Source of the DNA: Flavobacteriales bacterium | Lineage (GTDB): Bacteria > Bacteroidota > Bacteroidia > NS11-12g > UBA955 | Direction of reading: 5' to 3' | DNA length: 64,000 nucleotides | Assembly (NCBI GenBank): GCA_947457565.1 | Contig: CANGWH010000004.1 | Coordinates: 149 to 64,148 of the forward strand | Shown: positions 37,508-46,070 of the stretch, in pieces | How the letters are laid out: every line of letters starts with the position of its first letter | Position numbering within the stretch: the stretch's first letter is position 1 | Notes under the pieces: generated by a model | Database searches by the model: none | What the model saw: the letters and a program-made list of their open reading frames with translations, nothing else | Told to the model about the DNA's origin: nothing | Made by a program: the position numbers and the translations under genes

Positions 37508-39628
37508 ATGAAAAGAATACTGTTTTTTGTTTGGTTCGTACTAGTTGGAACATCGTTCCTTCAGGCTGCTGAACCCACCAAAGCCGCCTCTAATGCTTCG
37601 GCGGGGACAGTTACGTGCAATACTGCGCAAATTACATGGACCAATGGCGATGGGGGATGGAGGATTGTTGTTGTGAAAGAGGCGTCTGCGGTGAATGCTA
37701 ATCCGGTTGATGGCAATTCGTATTCTGCGTTTGCCAACTTTGGTACTGGTGCCCAATTAGGAACGGGAAACTTTGTCTGTTTTAATAATATTACTAACAA
37801 TGTAACATTAACCAATTTAAAGACCAACACTACTTATCATGTTGCCGTTTTTGAGCACGATGGGACAGGGCCTGATTATTTAACTTCCAATCCTGCTACC
37901 CTTTCCTTTACTACTAAAACCCTGTCGTTGGGATTTTCATATACCGTGGGAAAAGATAGTTGCGAGGGCAGTAATATGGTTACTTTTACCAATACTTCAA
38001 CGGCAAACTACGGAGGTATTAAATACACGTGGTTTTTTGGAGATGGTAAACAGGATACAGGTAAAAATGTTACCCATGTGTATAGCAAGGGGGGGAGTTT
38101 TCAAGTAACGATTACCGCTAATCCGGCGAATAATTGTATCGATAATTATGCTAATCCAAAGCAAGTATTTATTGTCCCAAAACCCGTAGCTATTCCGTTT
38201 GAAAAGACGAACGATACCATTCAGTGTTTTGAAGGGCACACGTTTCGTTTAGACGATAAAACAACGTTGGCTAAAATACCTAAATGTGCTTACATCCGTA
38301 CTTGGTACTTTACAGCAAGCGATAGTGCTACTATACCTAATCCTGTAAAAGTATTCACCAAAGCAGGTAAGTACCGTGTTTTCTACAAAGCAGAAACACT
38401 GTACGATAACAATAGAACGGGGTGCATCGATACAACATCCATGGTATTGGAAGTGGTGCCAAGTCCATCCAGTGGGGTATCCATTAACGATAGTATCCAG
38501 TGTTTGAATGGGAATAATTTCGTTTTTGATAACAAATTTCCTGGTTTAGTAACGTTTTCTTGGGATTTTGGTGGTGGAAATGTGGTGGCTACGAAATCAG
38601 CTTCCAAATCGTATTCTGCCGTGGGGGTTTATCCAATTGTACACGAAGCATTTTCAAGCATCGGCTGTAACAGTAAGGATACTGTATTTGTTGTAGTTAA
38701 AGCCAACGTGAATCCAACATTTACTGGATTGCCAGCAAAAGTTTGTCAGGGTTCACCGGCAATCACTTTAACGCCTACCAATCCAAATGGTAAGTTTTTT
38801 GGGGCGAACTTTGGCGGAACCAATACCTTTCTGCCTACTGGAATTGGGAATATTAAGATTAAATACGTAGTTAACGATTCATTTTGCCCTGATTCATCGG
38901 AGCAAACAATAAATATTTCTGCAGCACCTAAATTGAATTTAGGGAGAGACACTACTTTGTGTGACGGGAATACCATGGATATTACCATCACTAACCCAGG
39001 TAACGTAACGTGGTTTGATGGCAACACGAGCAGAAGCAGAACATTCTTCGCGGCCTCAACCTACTGGGCCGAAGTAGATGATAATGGTTGCAAAGCCAGT
39101 GATACAATTAAAATTTTTGAGGACGTCGCTCCTCAAGTAACCCTGCCCGCCGATACGTTATTGTGCGCAGGGGCTCTTTTGAAATTGTCGGTTCCACCGT
39201 TTAGCGGAAATATTATTTGGAGTAATGGTAGTAAGGATACGGCGATTTATGTGAGTTCTGCGGGGCTTTATCGTGTTACCCTAACCAATAAATGTGGTAC
39301 AGCCACCGATGAGATTTACATTAATGTGACCTCGGGTTTCTGTGATGTGTTCTTGCCCAATGCATTTACACCCAATGGGGACGGGAGAAATGATTTCTTT
39401 GAGATTACGGGTAAAGGTTTAATTCCCACTTGGTTAGTTATATACAATCGTTGGGGTGAAATTATTTACGATTCACATACCACAGGATTGCATAATCGCT
39501 GGGATGGTCGCTACGAAGGAGAATTAGTTCCAGAAGGATTGTATACCTATTTGTTCCGTTACGAAAACAGAACTGGTAATCGCATTCGGAGAAATACCAT
39601 TAAAGAAGCAGTTATGGTTTTGCGATAA
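37508..39628 (+). CDS. Solitary T9SS type-B CTD protein with FN3-like and PKD-like domains.
   Basis: The ORF track starts at TTG 37493. ATG 37508 gives the signal peptide MKRILFFVWFVLVGTSFLQA. An FN3-like N-domain is followed by PKD-like repeats (WFFGDG, WDFGGGN). The C-terminus FCDVFLPNAFTPNGDGRNDFFEI...GLYTYLF...AVMVLR is a type-B CTD. No PorP/SprF gene is adjacent. Confidence 0.75.
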   Translation: MKRILFFVWFVLVGTSFLQAAEPTKAASNASAGTVTCNTAQITWTNGDGGWRIVVVKEASAVNANPVDGNSYSAFANFGTGAQLGTGNFVCFNNITNNVTLTNLKTNTTYHVAVFEHDGTGPDYLTSNPATLSFTTKTLSLGFSYTVGKDSCEGSNMVTFTNTSTANYGGIKYTWFFGDGKQDTGKNVTHVYSKGGSFQVTITANPANNCIDNYANPKQVFIVPKPVAIPFEKTNDTIQCFEGHTFRLDDKTTLAKIPKCAYIRTWYFTASDSATIPNPVKVFTKAGKYRVFYKAETLYDNNRTGCIDTTSMVLEVVPSPSSGVSINDSIQCLNGNNFVFDNKFPGLVTFSWDFGGGNVVATKSASKSYSAVGVYPIVHEAFSSIGCNSKDTVFVVVKANVNPTFTGLPAKVCQGSPAITLTPTNPNGKFFGANFGGTNTFLPTGIGNIKIKYVVNDSFCPDSSEQTINISAAPKLNLGRDTTLCDGNTMDITITNPGNVTWFDGNTSRSRTFFAASTYWAEVDDNGCKASDTIKIFEDVAPQVTLPADTLLCAGALLKLSVPPFSGNIIWSNGSKDTAIYVSSAGLYRVTLTNKCGTATDEIYINVTSGFCDVFLPNAFTPNGDGRNDFFEITGKGLIPTWLVIYNRWGEIIYDSHTTGLHNRWDGRYEGELVPEGLYTYLFRYENRTGNRIRRNTIKEAVMVLR

Positions 39629-39675
39629 TTCGCAATTGAGAATAACTTGTGCTTTCCCACATCAAATTTTGATTC

Positions 39676-39683
39676 TAATTTTG
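39676..39683 (+). promoter_or_regulatory. Candidate -7 box (TAATTTTG) for purL.
   Basis: Exact TAnnTTTG match, 7 nt upstream of ATG 39691. Confidence 0.3.
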
Positions 39684-39690
39684 CGGCAGC

Positions 39691-41919
39691 ATGCAACATC
39701 AACCTGCCACTATCGATCAAGCAAAACAATTAGGTTTATTGGAAGAAGAATATCACAAAATTTGTGACATTCTTGGAAGACAACCCAACTTTACAGAAGT
39801 TTCCATATTCTCTGTGATGTGGAGCGAACATTGTAGTTATAAGAATTCCATTGTTTGGTTGAAAACGTTGCCCAAAGAAGGGACTAAAATGTTGGCCGAA
39901 GCAGGTGAAGAGAATGCGGGTTTGGTAGATATTGGAGGAGGGTTGGCTTGCTGTTTTAAAATCGAAAGTCACAATCATCCCAGCGCTATTGAACCGTATC
40001 AAGGAGCAGCAACCGGAGTTGGTGGCATCAACCGTGATATCTTTTCTATGGGTGCAAGACCAATCGCCCAATTAAATTCTCTGCGTTTCGGGAATATAAA
40101 TTCTGATCGTACGAAATGGTTAGTAAAGGGTGTTGTAAAAGGTATCGGTGATTATGGAAATGCATTTGGAATTCCTACAGTTGGGGGAGAGGTATACTTT
40201 GATGATTGCTACGAACAAAATAATTTGGTGAACGCTATGAGTGTGGGGATTGTGGAAGTAGGGAAGAGTGTTTCTGCTGCCGCAGGACCTGCGGGTAACC
40301 CTGTATATATCTTTGGTTCTGCCACGGGGAAAGATGGTATCCATGGAGCTGCGTTCGCTTCCAAAGACATGAGCGAAGACAGTATTAATGATCTGCCATC
40401 GGTTCAAGTTGGGGATCCATTTTGGGAAAAGCTAATTTTAGAAGCCACCATGGAAATCATTGAAACAGGAGCCGTGGTTGGAATGCAGGATATGGGTGCG
40501 GCCGGTATCACTTGTTCAACCAGTGAAATGAGTGCAAAAACCGGTGTGGGTATGGATGTTTGGTTGGATAAAGTCCCCATGAGACAAGCCGATATGAAAT
40601 CTTGGGAATTGCTGCTCAGCGAAAGCCAAGAACGGATGCTGGTGGTAGTTGAAAAAGGGAAAGAAAAATTGTTAGAAGCAGTGTTTGAGAAATGGGATCT
40701 TACCTATGCTCAAATTGCAATGGTTACAGATACCGGTAGAGTTCGATACTTTATGGGCGATGTGCTAGAGGCCGATATCCCAGCCGAATCATTGGTGTTA
40801 GGTGGTGGGGCTCCAGTATATCACCGTACTTGGAAAGAGCCACAATACTTCAAGGAAATTGAGAAATTCAATTTGTCCGATATTGCCGATGTTTCACTTT
40901 CGGAAGCAAAAGAAGTTGCCATGCAACTTTCATCGTTGCCCAATATCGCTAGCAAAAAATGGATTTATAGGCAGTACGATTCTATGGTAGGAACCATTAA
41001 CGAGTCTACCAATCTTCCCTCCGATGCCGCCGTAGTAAAAATCTTGGATACAGAAAAGAGTTTGGCGTTAACGGTAGATTGTAACTCTCGCTATATTTAT
41101 GCGGACCCCTCTAAAGGTACTCAAATTGCAGTGGCTGAAGCCGCAAGAAATATTCGTTGTAGTGGTGGAGTTCCTACTGCAATTACCAATTGTTTGAATT
41201 TTGGTAATCCATACAATGAAGAAGTATATTTCCAATTTAAAAATGCTATCGAAGGTATGGGGATAGCTTGCAGAAAGTTTGATACTCCCGTAACCGGTGG
41301 AAACGTAAGTTTTTATAATCAAAGTACTTCGGGACTAGCGGTTTATCCAACGCCAACCATCGGAATGGTGGGAATTATCGAATCACCTAATCATAGATTA
41401 TCCATTCCTTTCCAAACCAAAGGGGCCGCCATCGTTTTATTAGGAAAGCCTGAAAATGATTTAGGCAGTTCTCAGTATTTGGCGAAACTAAAAAATATTG
41501 AGTATTCCCCGTGCCCATCGTTTGATTTGGATGCAGAATATAGGCTACACCAAGTTTTGGGCAATTTAGCTGGAGCTTCCGTAGTTGAATCCGTGCACGA
41601 TATCAGTGAAGGTGGATTGTTTGTTGCTTGTTTAGAAAGCGCAATGTCAGGGAATTTAGGGTTTGATATTTGTACCGATAAACAGTACCGATTGGATTCG
41701 TATTTATTCGGTGAATCCCAAAGTAGAGTAGTTGTAAGTCTTGCTGCTGAGAAAGTTCAAGCGCTAGAAGCAATCTGCAGTAATCATGGGGTTCCTATGT
41801 TGCGCATCGGAACGGTAACTGCGGCAGATTCTGTAATTGTTAATGGTGAAAACTGGGGTAATGTTAATACTTTTGCCCACGGTTATTCCCATTCAATTGG
41901 AACTGCACTGGAGTCCTAA
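39691..41919 (+). CDS. purL: Phosphoribosylformylglycinamidine synthase subunit PurL (FGAM synthase II).
   Basis: 742 aa with AIR-synthase-related N and C domains duplicated. Motifs include SHNHPSAIEPYQGAATGVGG and GGNVSFYNQ. Confidence 0.85.
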   Translation: MQHQPATIDQAKQLGLLEEEYHKICDILGRQPNFTEVSIFSVMWSEHCSYKNSIVWLKTLPKEGTKMLAEAGEENAGLVDIGGGLACCFKIESHNHPSAIEPYQGAATGVGGINRDIFSMGARPIAQLNSLRFGNINSDRTKWLVKGVVKGIGDYGNAFGIPTVGGEVYFDDCYEQNNLVNAMSVGIVEVGKSVSAAAGPAGNPVYIFGSATGKDGIHGAAFASKDMSEDSINDLPSVQVGDPFWEKLILEATMEIIETGAVVGMQDMGAAGITCSTSEMSAKTGVGMDVWLDKVPMRQADMKSWELLLSESQERMLVVVEKGKEKLLEAVFEKWDLTYAQIAMVTDTGRVRYFMGDVLEADIPAESLVLGGGAPVYHRTWKEPQYFKEIEKFNLSDIADVSLSEAKEVAMQLSSLPNIASKKWIYRQYDSMVGTINESTNLPSDAAVVKILDTEKSLALTVDCNSRYIYADPSKGTQIAVAEAARNIRCSGGVPTAITNCLNFGNPYNEEVYFQFKNAIEGMGIACRKFDTPVTGGNVSFYNQSTSGLAVYPTPTIGMVGIIESPNHRLSIPFQTKGAAIVLLGKPENDLGSSQYLAKLKNIEYSPCPSFDLDAEYRLHQVLGNLAGASVVESVHDISEGGLFVACLESAMSGNLGFDICTDKQYRLDSYLFGESQSRVVVSLAAEKVQALEAICSNHGVPMLRIGTVTAADSVIVNGENWGNVNTFAHGYSHSIGTALES

Positions 41920-41924
41920 TCTTT

Positions 41925-43157
41925 TTGTACCTTTCGGGAAATTACCCGGTTATGCGAAAGTCTGTTCCAAATACCGTTAGTTTTTGGGGTAAATCTTATT
42001 TTGAAGATACCGATTGGCTTATTATTGGTGCCGGTCTAGTAGGGTTGCAGTGCGCAACCGAAATTAAACTGGCGTATCCTGCTAAACGCGTAGTTGTAAT
42101 TGATCAAGGTGTAATTGGCAATGCCGCGTCACTTAGAAATGCAGGCTTTGCTTGTTTTGGCAGTGCAGGTGAATTATTGGATGAAATAGAACGGTCTGGA
42201 AAAGACGCGGCCTTTAACTTATATCTCCAACGGTTTTATGGTATTCAACGATTAATTCAAAAGTTTGGTGCAGCTGCCATAGGTTTTGAACCAACCGGGG
42301 GATTTGAAGTGTTCACCCATGCAGAAACCACAAAATTAGAGTTATTACAACACGAAATACCATGGTTAAACCAGGAGTTGAATTACTTTTTACGAAATCA
42401 ACATCGGCCATTTATTCATGAATTTAAACGTTCGGCAGTGGATTTGTTTTCGGTTCAATCCATAGCAGATTCAGGGATGAATATTTGTCCTTTATCCATC
42501 GTTGCATCGGAAGAAGGACCTTTACAACCACATCGATTGTACCTTTCGGTTAGAACATTGGCCACCCAATCAGGGGTAGAAATTTGTGAGTCTTTTCGTA
42601 TTGCATCCTATGAGGATAGGGTGGGTGGAGTTGTGGTTTATGCCGACGATGGAGAAACCATTCAAACCGAACAATTGTTGTTGTGTACCAATGGCTTTAC
42701 CCAAAGCCTAGATAAACAGGCTCCTGTGTTGCCAGCGCGAGGGCAGGTTTTTGTAACTGAATCTTTGCCTTGGCAACCGCTTAAAGGTTTGTATCACGCC
42801 GATGATGGATACCTCTATTTTAGAAACCTTGGGGATCGTATTTTAATCGGAGGAGGTAGGAATATTGATATGAAAACGGAGGAGACCATGGAAATGGAAA
42901 ATACCCAAACGATACGAGAATATATCCGGGAATATTTACAGGACGTGATCTTGCCCTTGAGGAAATCCATGGGGGGTGTGAAATTTGATTACGAATGGTC
43001 GGGCATCATGGGTATGGGACCCCAACGAACACCTATAATTTGTGCTGATAGTAATCGGGTATATAAGGCCGTTCGCATGGGTGGAATGGGCGTTGCCTTA
43101 AGCGCTTGGGTTGCGGAAGAAGTACTAAAACTCATTCAATTAAACGATGGAAAGTAG
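41925..43157 (+). CDS. FAD-dependent oxidoreductase (DAO family).
   Basis: 410 aa. A Rossmann GxGxxG motif (IIGAGLVGLQCA) lies near the N-terminus. The overall pattern is DAO-like. The true start may be Met-10 (MRKSV). Confidence 0.6.
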   Translation: MYLSGNYPVMRKSVPNTVSFWGKSYFEDTDWLIIGAGLVGLQCATEIKLAYPAKRVVVIDQGVIGNAASLRNAGFACFGSAGELLDEIERSGKDAAFNLYLQRFYGIQRLIQKFGAAAIGFEPTGGFEVFTHAETTKLELLQHEIPWLNQELNYFLRNQHRPFIHEFKRSAVDLFSVQSIADSGMNICPLSIVASEEGPLQPHRLYLSVRTLATQSGVEICESFRIASYEDRVGGVVVYADDGETIQTEQLLLCTNGFTQSLDKQAPVLPARGQVFVTESLPWQPLKGLYHADDGYLYFRNLGDRILIGGGRNIDMKTEETMEMENTQTIREYIREYLQDVILPLRKSMGGVKFDYEWSGIMGMGPQRTPIICADSNRVYKAVRMGGMGVALSAWVAEEVLKLIQLNDGK

Positions 43158-44838
43158 GAATTTAAGTAACGATTCAATTGTAAAGGCCATAGGATTGTAT
43201 GCAAAATTGGCGGAATTGCATGAGGAAAATCCTTTTAAGGTTAAGGCCTTCAATTCGGCAGCCTTTAATTTAAAGAAAGTGCGGCAGCCATTTTGTGAAT
43301 TATCCGATCAGCAGTGGAAAACAATTCCCGGAGCAGGGAAAAGTGTAGTTGATTCTATAAAGGAAATGCTAGAAACGGGTAGTTTTTTAGCATTGAATAA
43401 TTTATTTGCTCAAACTCCAGAAGGAGTAGTGGCAATGCTGAAGATTAAAGGTTTGGGGCCAAAGAAAGTATCGTTGATTTGGAGGGATTTAGGTATAGAT
43501 ACGGTGGAATTACTGTTTGAAGCCTGTCGTGAGAATAGATTGGTCGAGGCCAAAGGATTTGGTGTTAAAACACAACAGGAAATTTTAAAAAATATAGAAT
43601 TTGGATTTGCGTCAGGTGGATTTTGGCATTATGCCAAAGTTTGGCCGTATGCAGAAGCAGTTAAAGAGTACTTAAATGAACATAATTTTCGATGGACATT
43701 CCTTGGCGATTACTCAAGGCAATTAGAAGTAGTTAACAGCTTAGAACTTTTGATAGATGAACAATCGTTGCTAATTCCATGGACCGCATTTATTGCCGAA
43801 TTGCGTGCTAGTTTTGATTTTATTGACGATGCCGAGGATGGAATGGTAATTGCCGATACGGGTACGCCCCTTCGATTTTATTCGGCAGTAACATCAGAAT
43901 TTTTACGCATCAAATTTGAACAAACTTCATCGTCGGGTTTTCTTTCTACTATCAACTATAGCAATGAAAAGTGGATAGGCAATGAACAAGAAACGCTAAC
44001 AAATTTAGGGTGGCCATGGGTACCGGCGTTTATGAGAGAAGGAGAAGTGTCGCTGGATTATCTAAATCACTTGGGAGCAGATTTTACCAATCGAATTATT
44101 CAAGTTCGAGATTTGCGCGGTTGTCTGCATAATCATACTACCTACTCCGATGGATTAAATACATTGTTTGAAATGGCCGACTATGCGCAACAGCTTGGAT
44201 TGCAGTACTTTGGAGTGTGCGACCACAGTCAATCCGCAACGTATGCTAACGGTTTACGCGAAGATCAATTGTTGAAACAACTGGACGAAATTTCCATGTA
44301 CAATCAACGGATGATTGCTGAAGGTAAGTCGTTCCGCATTTTATCAGGCATTGAAAGTGATATTTTGGGCAATGGCGATTTAGATTATCCGGATGAAATA
44401 TTGGAACAGTTGGATTTGGTAGTGGCGAGTATTCATTCTAATCTCAGCATGACTGAGGAAAAGTCAATGTCGCGTTTACTATCGGCTATCGAAAATCCCT
44501 ATACAACAATATTGGGTCATATGACGGGACGATTGTTGTTATTACGACAAGGGTATCCGGTAAATCATCGTAAAATAATTGATGCTTGTGTGGCAAATGG
44601 TGTTGCAATTGAATTAAACGCTCATCCTTACCGATTAGACATTGATTGGAGAGAACTGTATTATGCGGTAGAAAAGGGAGTGATGATTTCTATCAATCCA
44701 GATGCTCACCAAGTAGAAGGCTTTCAGGATATGTATTTTGGGACTTTGATTGCACAAAAAGTTGGGATTCCGAAGAAAAATGTACTCAACGCCATGGATT
44801 TAAATGAAATTACCCGCTATTTGCGTGATAGAAAATAG
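43147..44838 (+). CDS. polX: PolX-family DNA polymerase/3'-5' exonuclease, with a Pol-beta-like N-terminus and a PHP domain.
   Basis: 563 aa. The N-terminus has an HhH-like Pol X lyase region. The C-terminal PHP-domain histidines are LHNHTTYSDG...CDHSQ. Confidence 0.65.
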   Translation: MESRNLSNDSIVKAIGLYAKLAELHEENPFKVKAFNSAAFNLKKVRQPFCELSDQQWKTIPGAGKSVVDSIKEMLETGSFLALNNLFAQTPEGVVAMLKIKGLGPKKVSLIWRDLGIDTVELLFEACRENRLVEAKGFGVKTQQEILKNIEFGFASGGFWHYAKVWPYAEAVKEYLNEHNFRWTFLGDYSRQLEVVNSLELLIDEQSLLIPWTAFIAELRASFDFIDDAEDGMVIADTGTPLRFYSAVTSEFLRIKFEQTSSSGFLSTINYSNEKWIGNEQETLTNLGWPWVPAFMREGEVSLDYLNHLGADFTNRIIQVRDLRGCLHNHTTYSDGLNTLFEMADYAQQLGLQYFGVCDHSQSATYANGLREDQLLKQLDEISMYNQRMIAEGKSFRILSGIESDILGNGDLDYPDEILEQLDLVVASIHSNLSMTEEKSMSRLLSAIENPYTTILGHMTGRLLLLRQGYPVNHRKIIDACVANGVAIELNAHPYRLDIDWRELYYAVEKGVMISINPDAHQVEGFQDMYFGTLIAQKVGIPKKNVLNAMDLNEITRYLRDRK

Positions 44839-44840
44839 CA

Positions 44841-46004
44841 ATGTCTATGGCTGAAACTATTCCTTCAAAACCCACCATTCTGTTAGTGAGATTTAGCTCT
44901 ATTGGCGATATCGTCTTGACTACAGCAGCAATGGCGTATTTGAAACAAGAGCTACCTGGAGTTCGGTTAGTATTAGTTACCAAGAAGTCATTTGCTCCTT
45001 TGTTTAGAGAACATCCTTTTTTAGATGATGTTGTTGAATTTCAAGGTTTTAATAGTGGGTTTTGGCGATCGATAGCAGAGAATAATCCTTCAGCGATATT
45101 GGATTTACATAGCAACATTCGATCGTTGCGCATTAAGAATAGGTATTGGAATTTACCGTCATTTTCGTACAATAAACGAGGGTTAGAACGATGGATGCTC
45201 ATAAAAAAATGGCGTGTAAAACCGCTAGACTCCGTTGTTGAAAGATATCTATCGGCGGTGAACCGGTTGTTAATGTCGCCTTGGGGAAAAAGACTTTCTT
45301 CGTTGAACGTTGAACATGTTGGGACTGCGCATAGTGGAACGACTGTAAATAGGCAATACAATAATTTGCAACTTCCTGGGCTGTCTTTGGGTGATTTTTC
45401 TTCTCAACATTGGAAGAGTGTTAATCATTCGGTGGGAGAATCAGAAGTGTTGGATTTTGAATTACTCCCCAAACGATATGGGGTACTGCATATTTCGGCT
45501 ACGTATAATACAAAACGTATATCCTTTAGGATTTGGGAGCACATTATACGGAATCAACAGGAACCATTGGTGATTACCGGTGGTAAAGCCGATATGGAAC
45601 ATGCAGCGGCATTAATGGCGATAGCGAATGGTGGATTAAAGTCATTGTTTCCTCTTATAAATAAAGTAGGGCAAACAGATTTGCAGCAAACTGCCTGTTT
45701 AATAAAAAATGCAGGATGGTATGTTGGAGGAGATACAGGATTTACCCATGTTGCGGCTTGCTATGGAATCCCTCACTTGGTGATTTGGGGTAACACATCG
45801 CCTGATTTGGGTTTTGTTCCGTGGCTTGGTGATGCCTATTCACTTGAAATACAACAACATATGAAAGTTGAAGGACTCGCTTGCAATCCGTGTTCTAAAT
45901 TAGGTTATGCTGCTTGCCCCCAAGGGCATTTCTCTTGTATGAATTTGCAAAATTTGCAAGAATTAGAAAGTAAATTGCAATTTTTACGGGATAGAATCCA
46001 CTAG
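44841..46004 (+). CDS. Glycosyltransferase family 9 (LPS heptosyltransferase-like).
   Basis: 387 aa. The N-terminus ILLVRFSSIGDIVLTTAAMAYLKQELPG and the C-terminus GGDTGFTHVAACYGIPHLVIWGNTSP match the GT9 signature regions. Confidence 0.65.
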   Translation: MSMAETIPSKPTILLVRFSSIGDIVLTTAAMAYLKQELPGVRLVLVTKKSFAPLFREHPFLDDVVEFQGFNSGFWRSIAENNPSAILDLHSNIRSLRIKNRYWNLPSFSYNKRGLERWMLIKKWRVKPLDSVVERYLSAVNRLLMSPWGKRLSSLNVEHVGTAHSGTTVNRQYNNLQLPGLSLGDFSSQHWKSVNHSVGESEVLDFELLPKRYGVLHISATYNTKRISFRIWEHIIRNQQEPLVITGGKADMEHAAALMAIANGGLKSLFPLINKVGQTDLQQTACLIKNAGWYVGGDTGFTHVAACYGIPHLVIWGNTSPDLGFVPWLGDAYSLEIQQHMKVEGLACNPCSKLGYAACPQGHFSCMNLQNLQELESKLQFLRDRIH

Positions 46005-46070
46005 TTGAATTTAGTGGTATTTTTTCCTTATTTTCGCGCTTCCGTATTTTATATAGTTTGATTCAATTCA

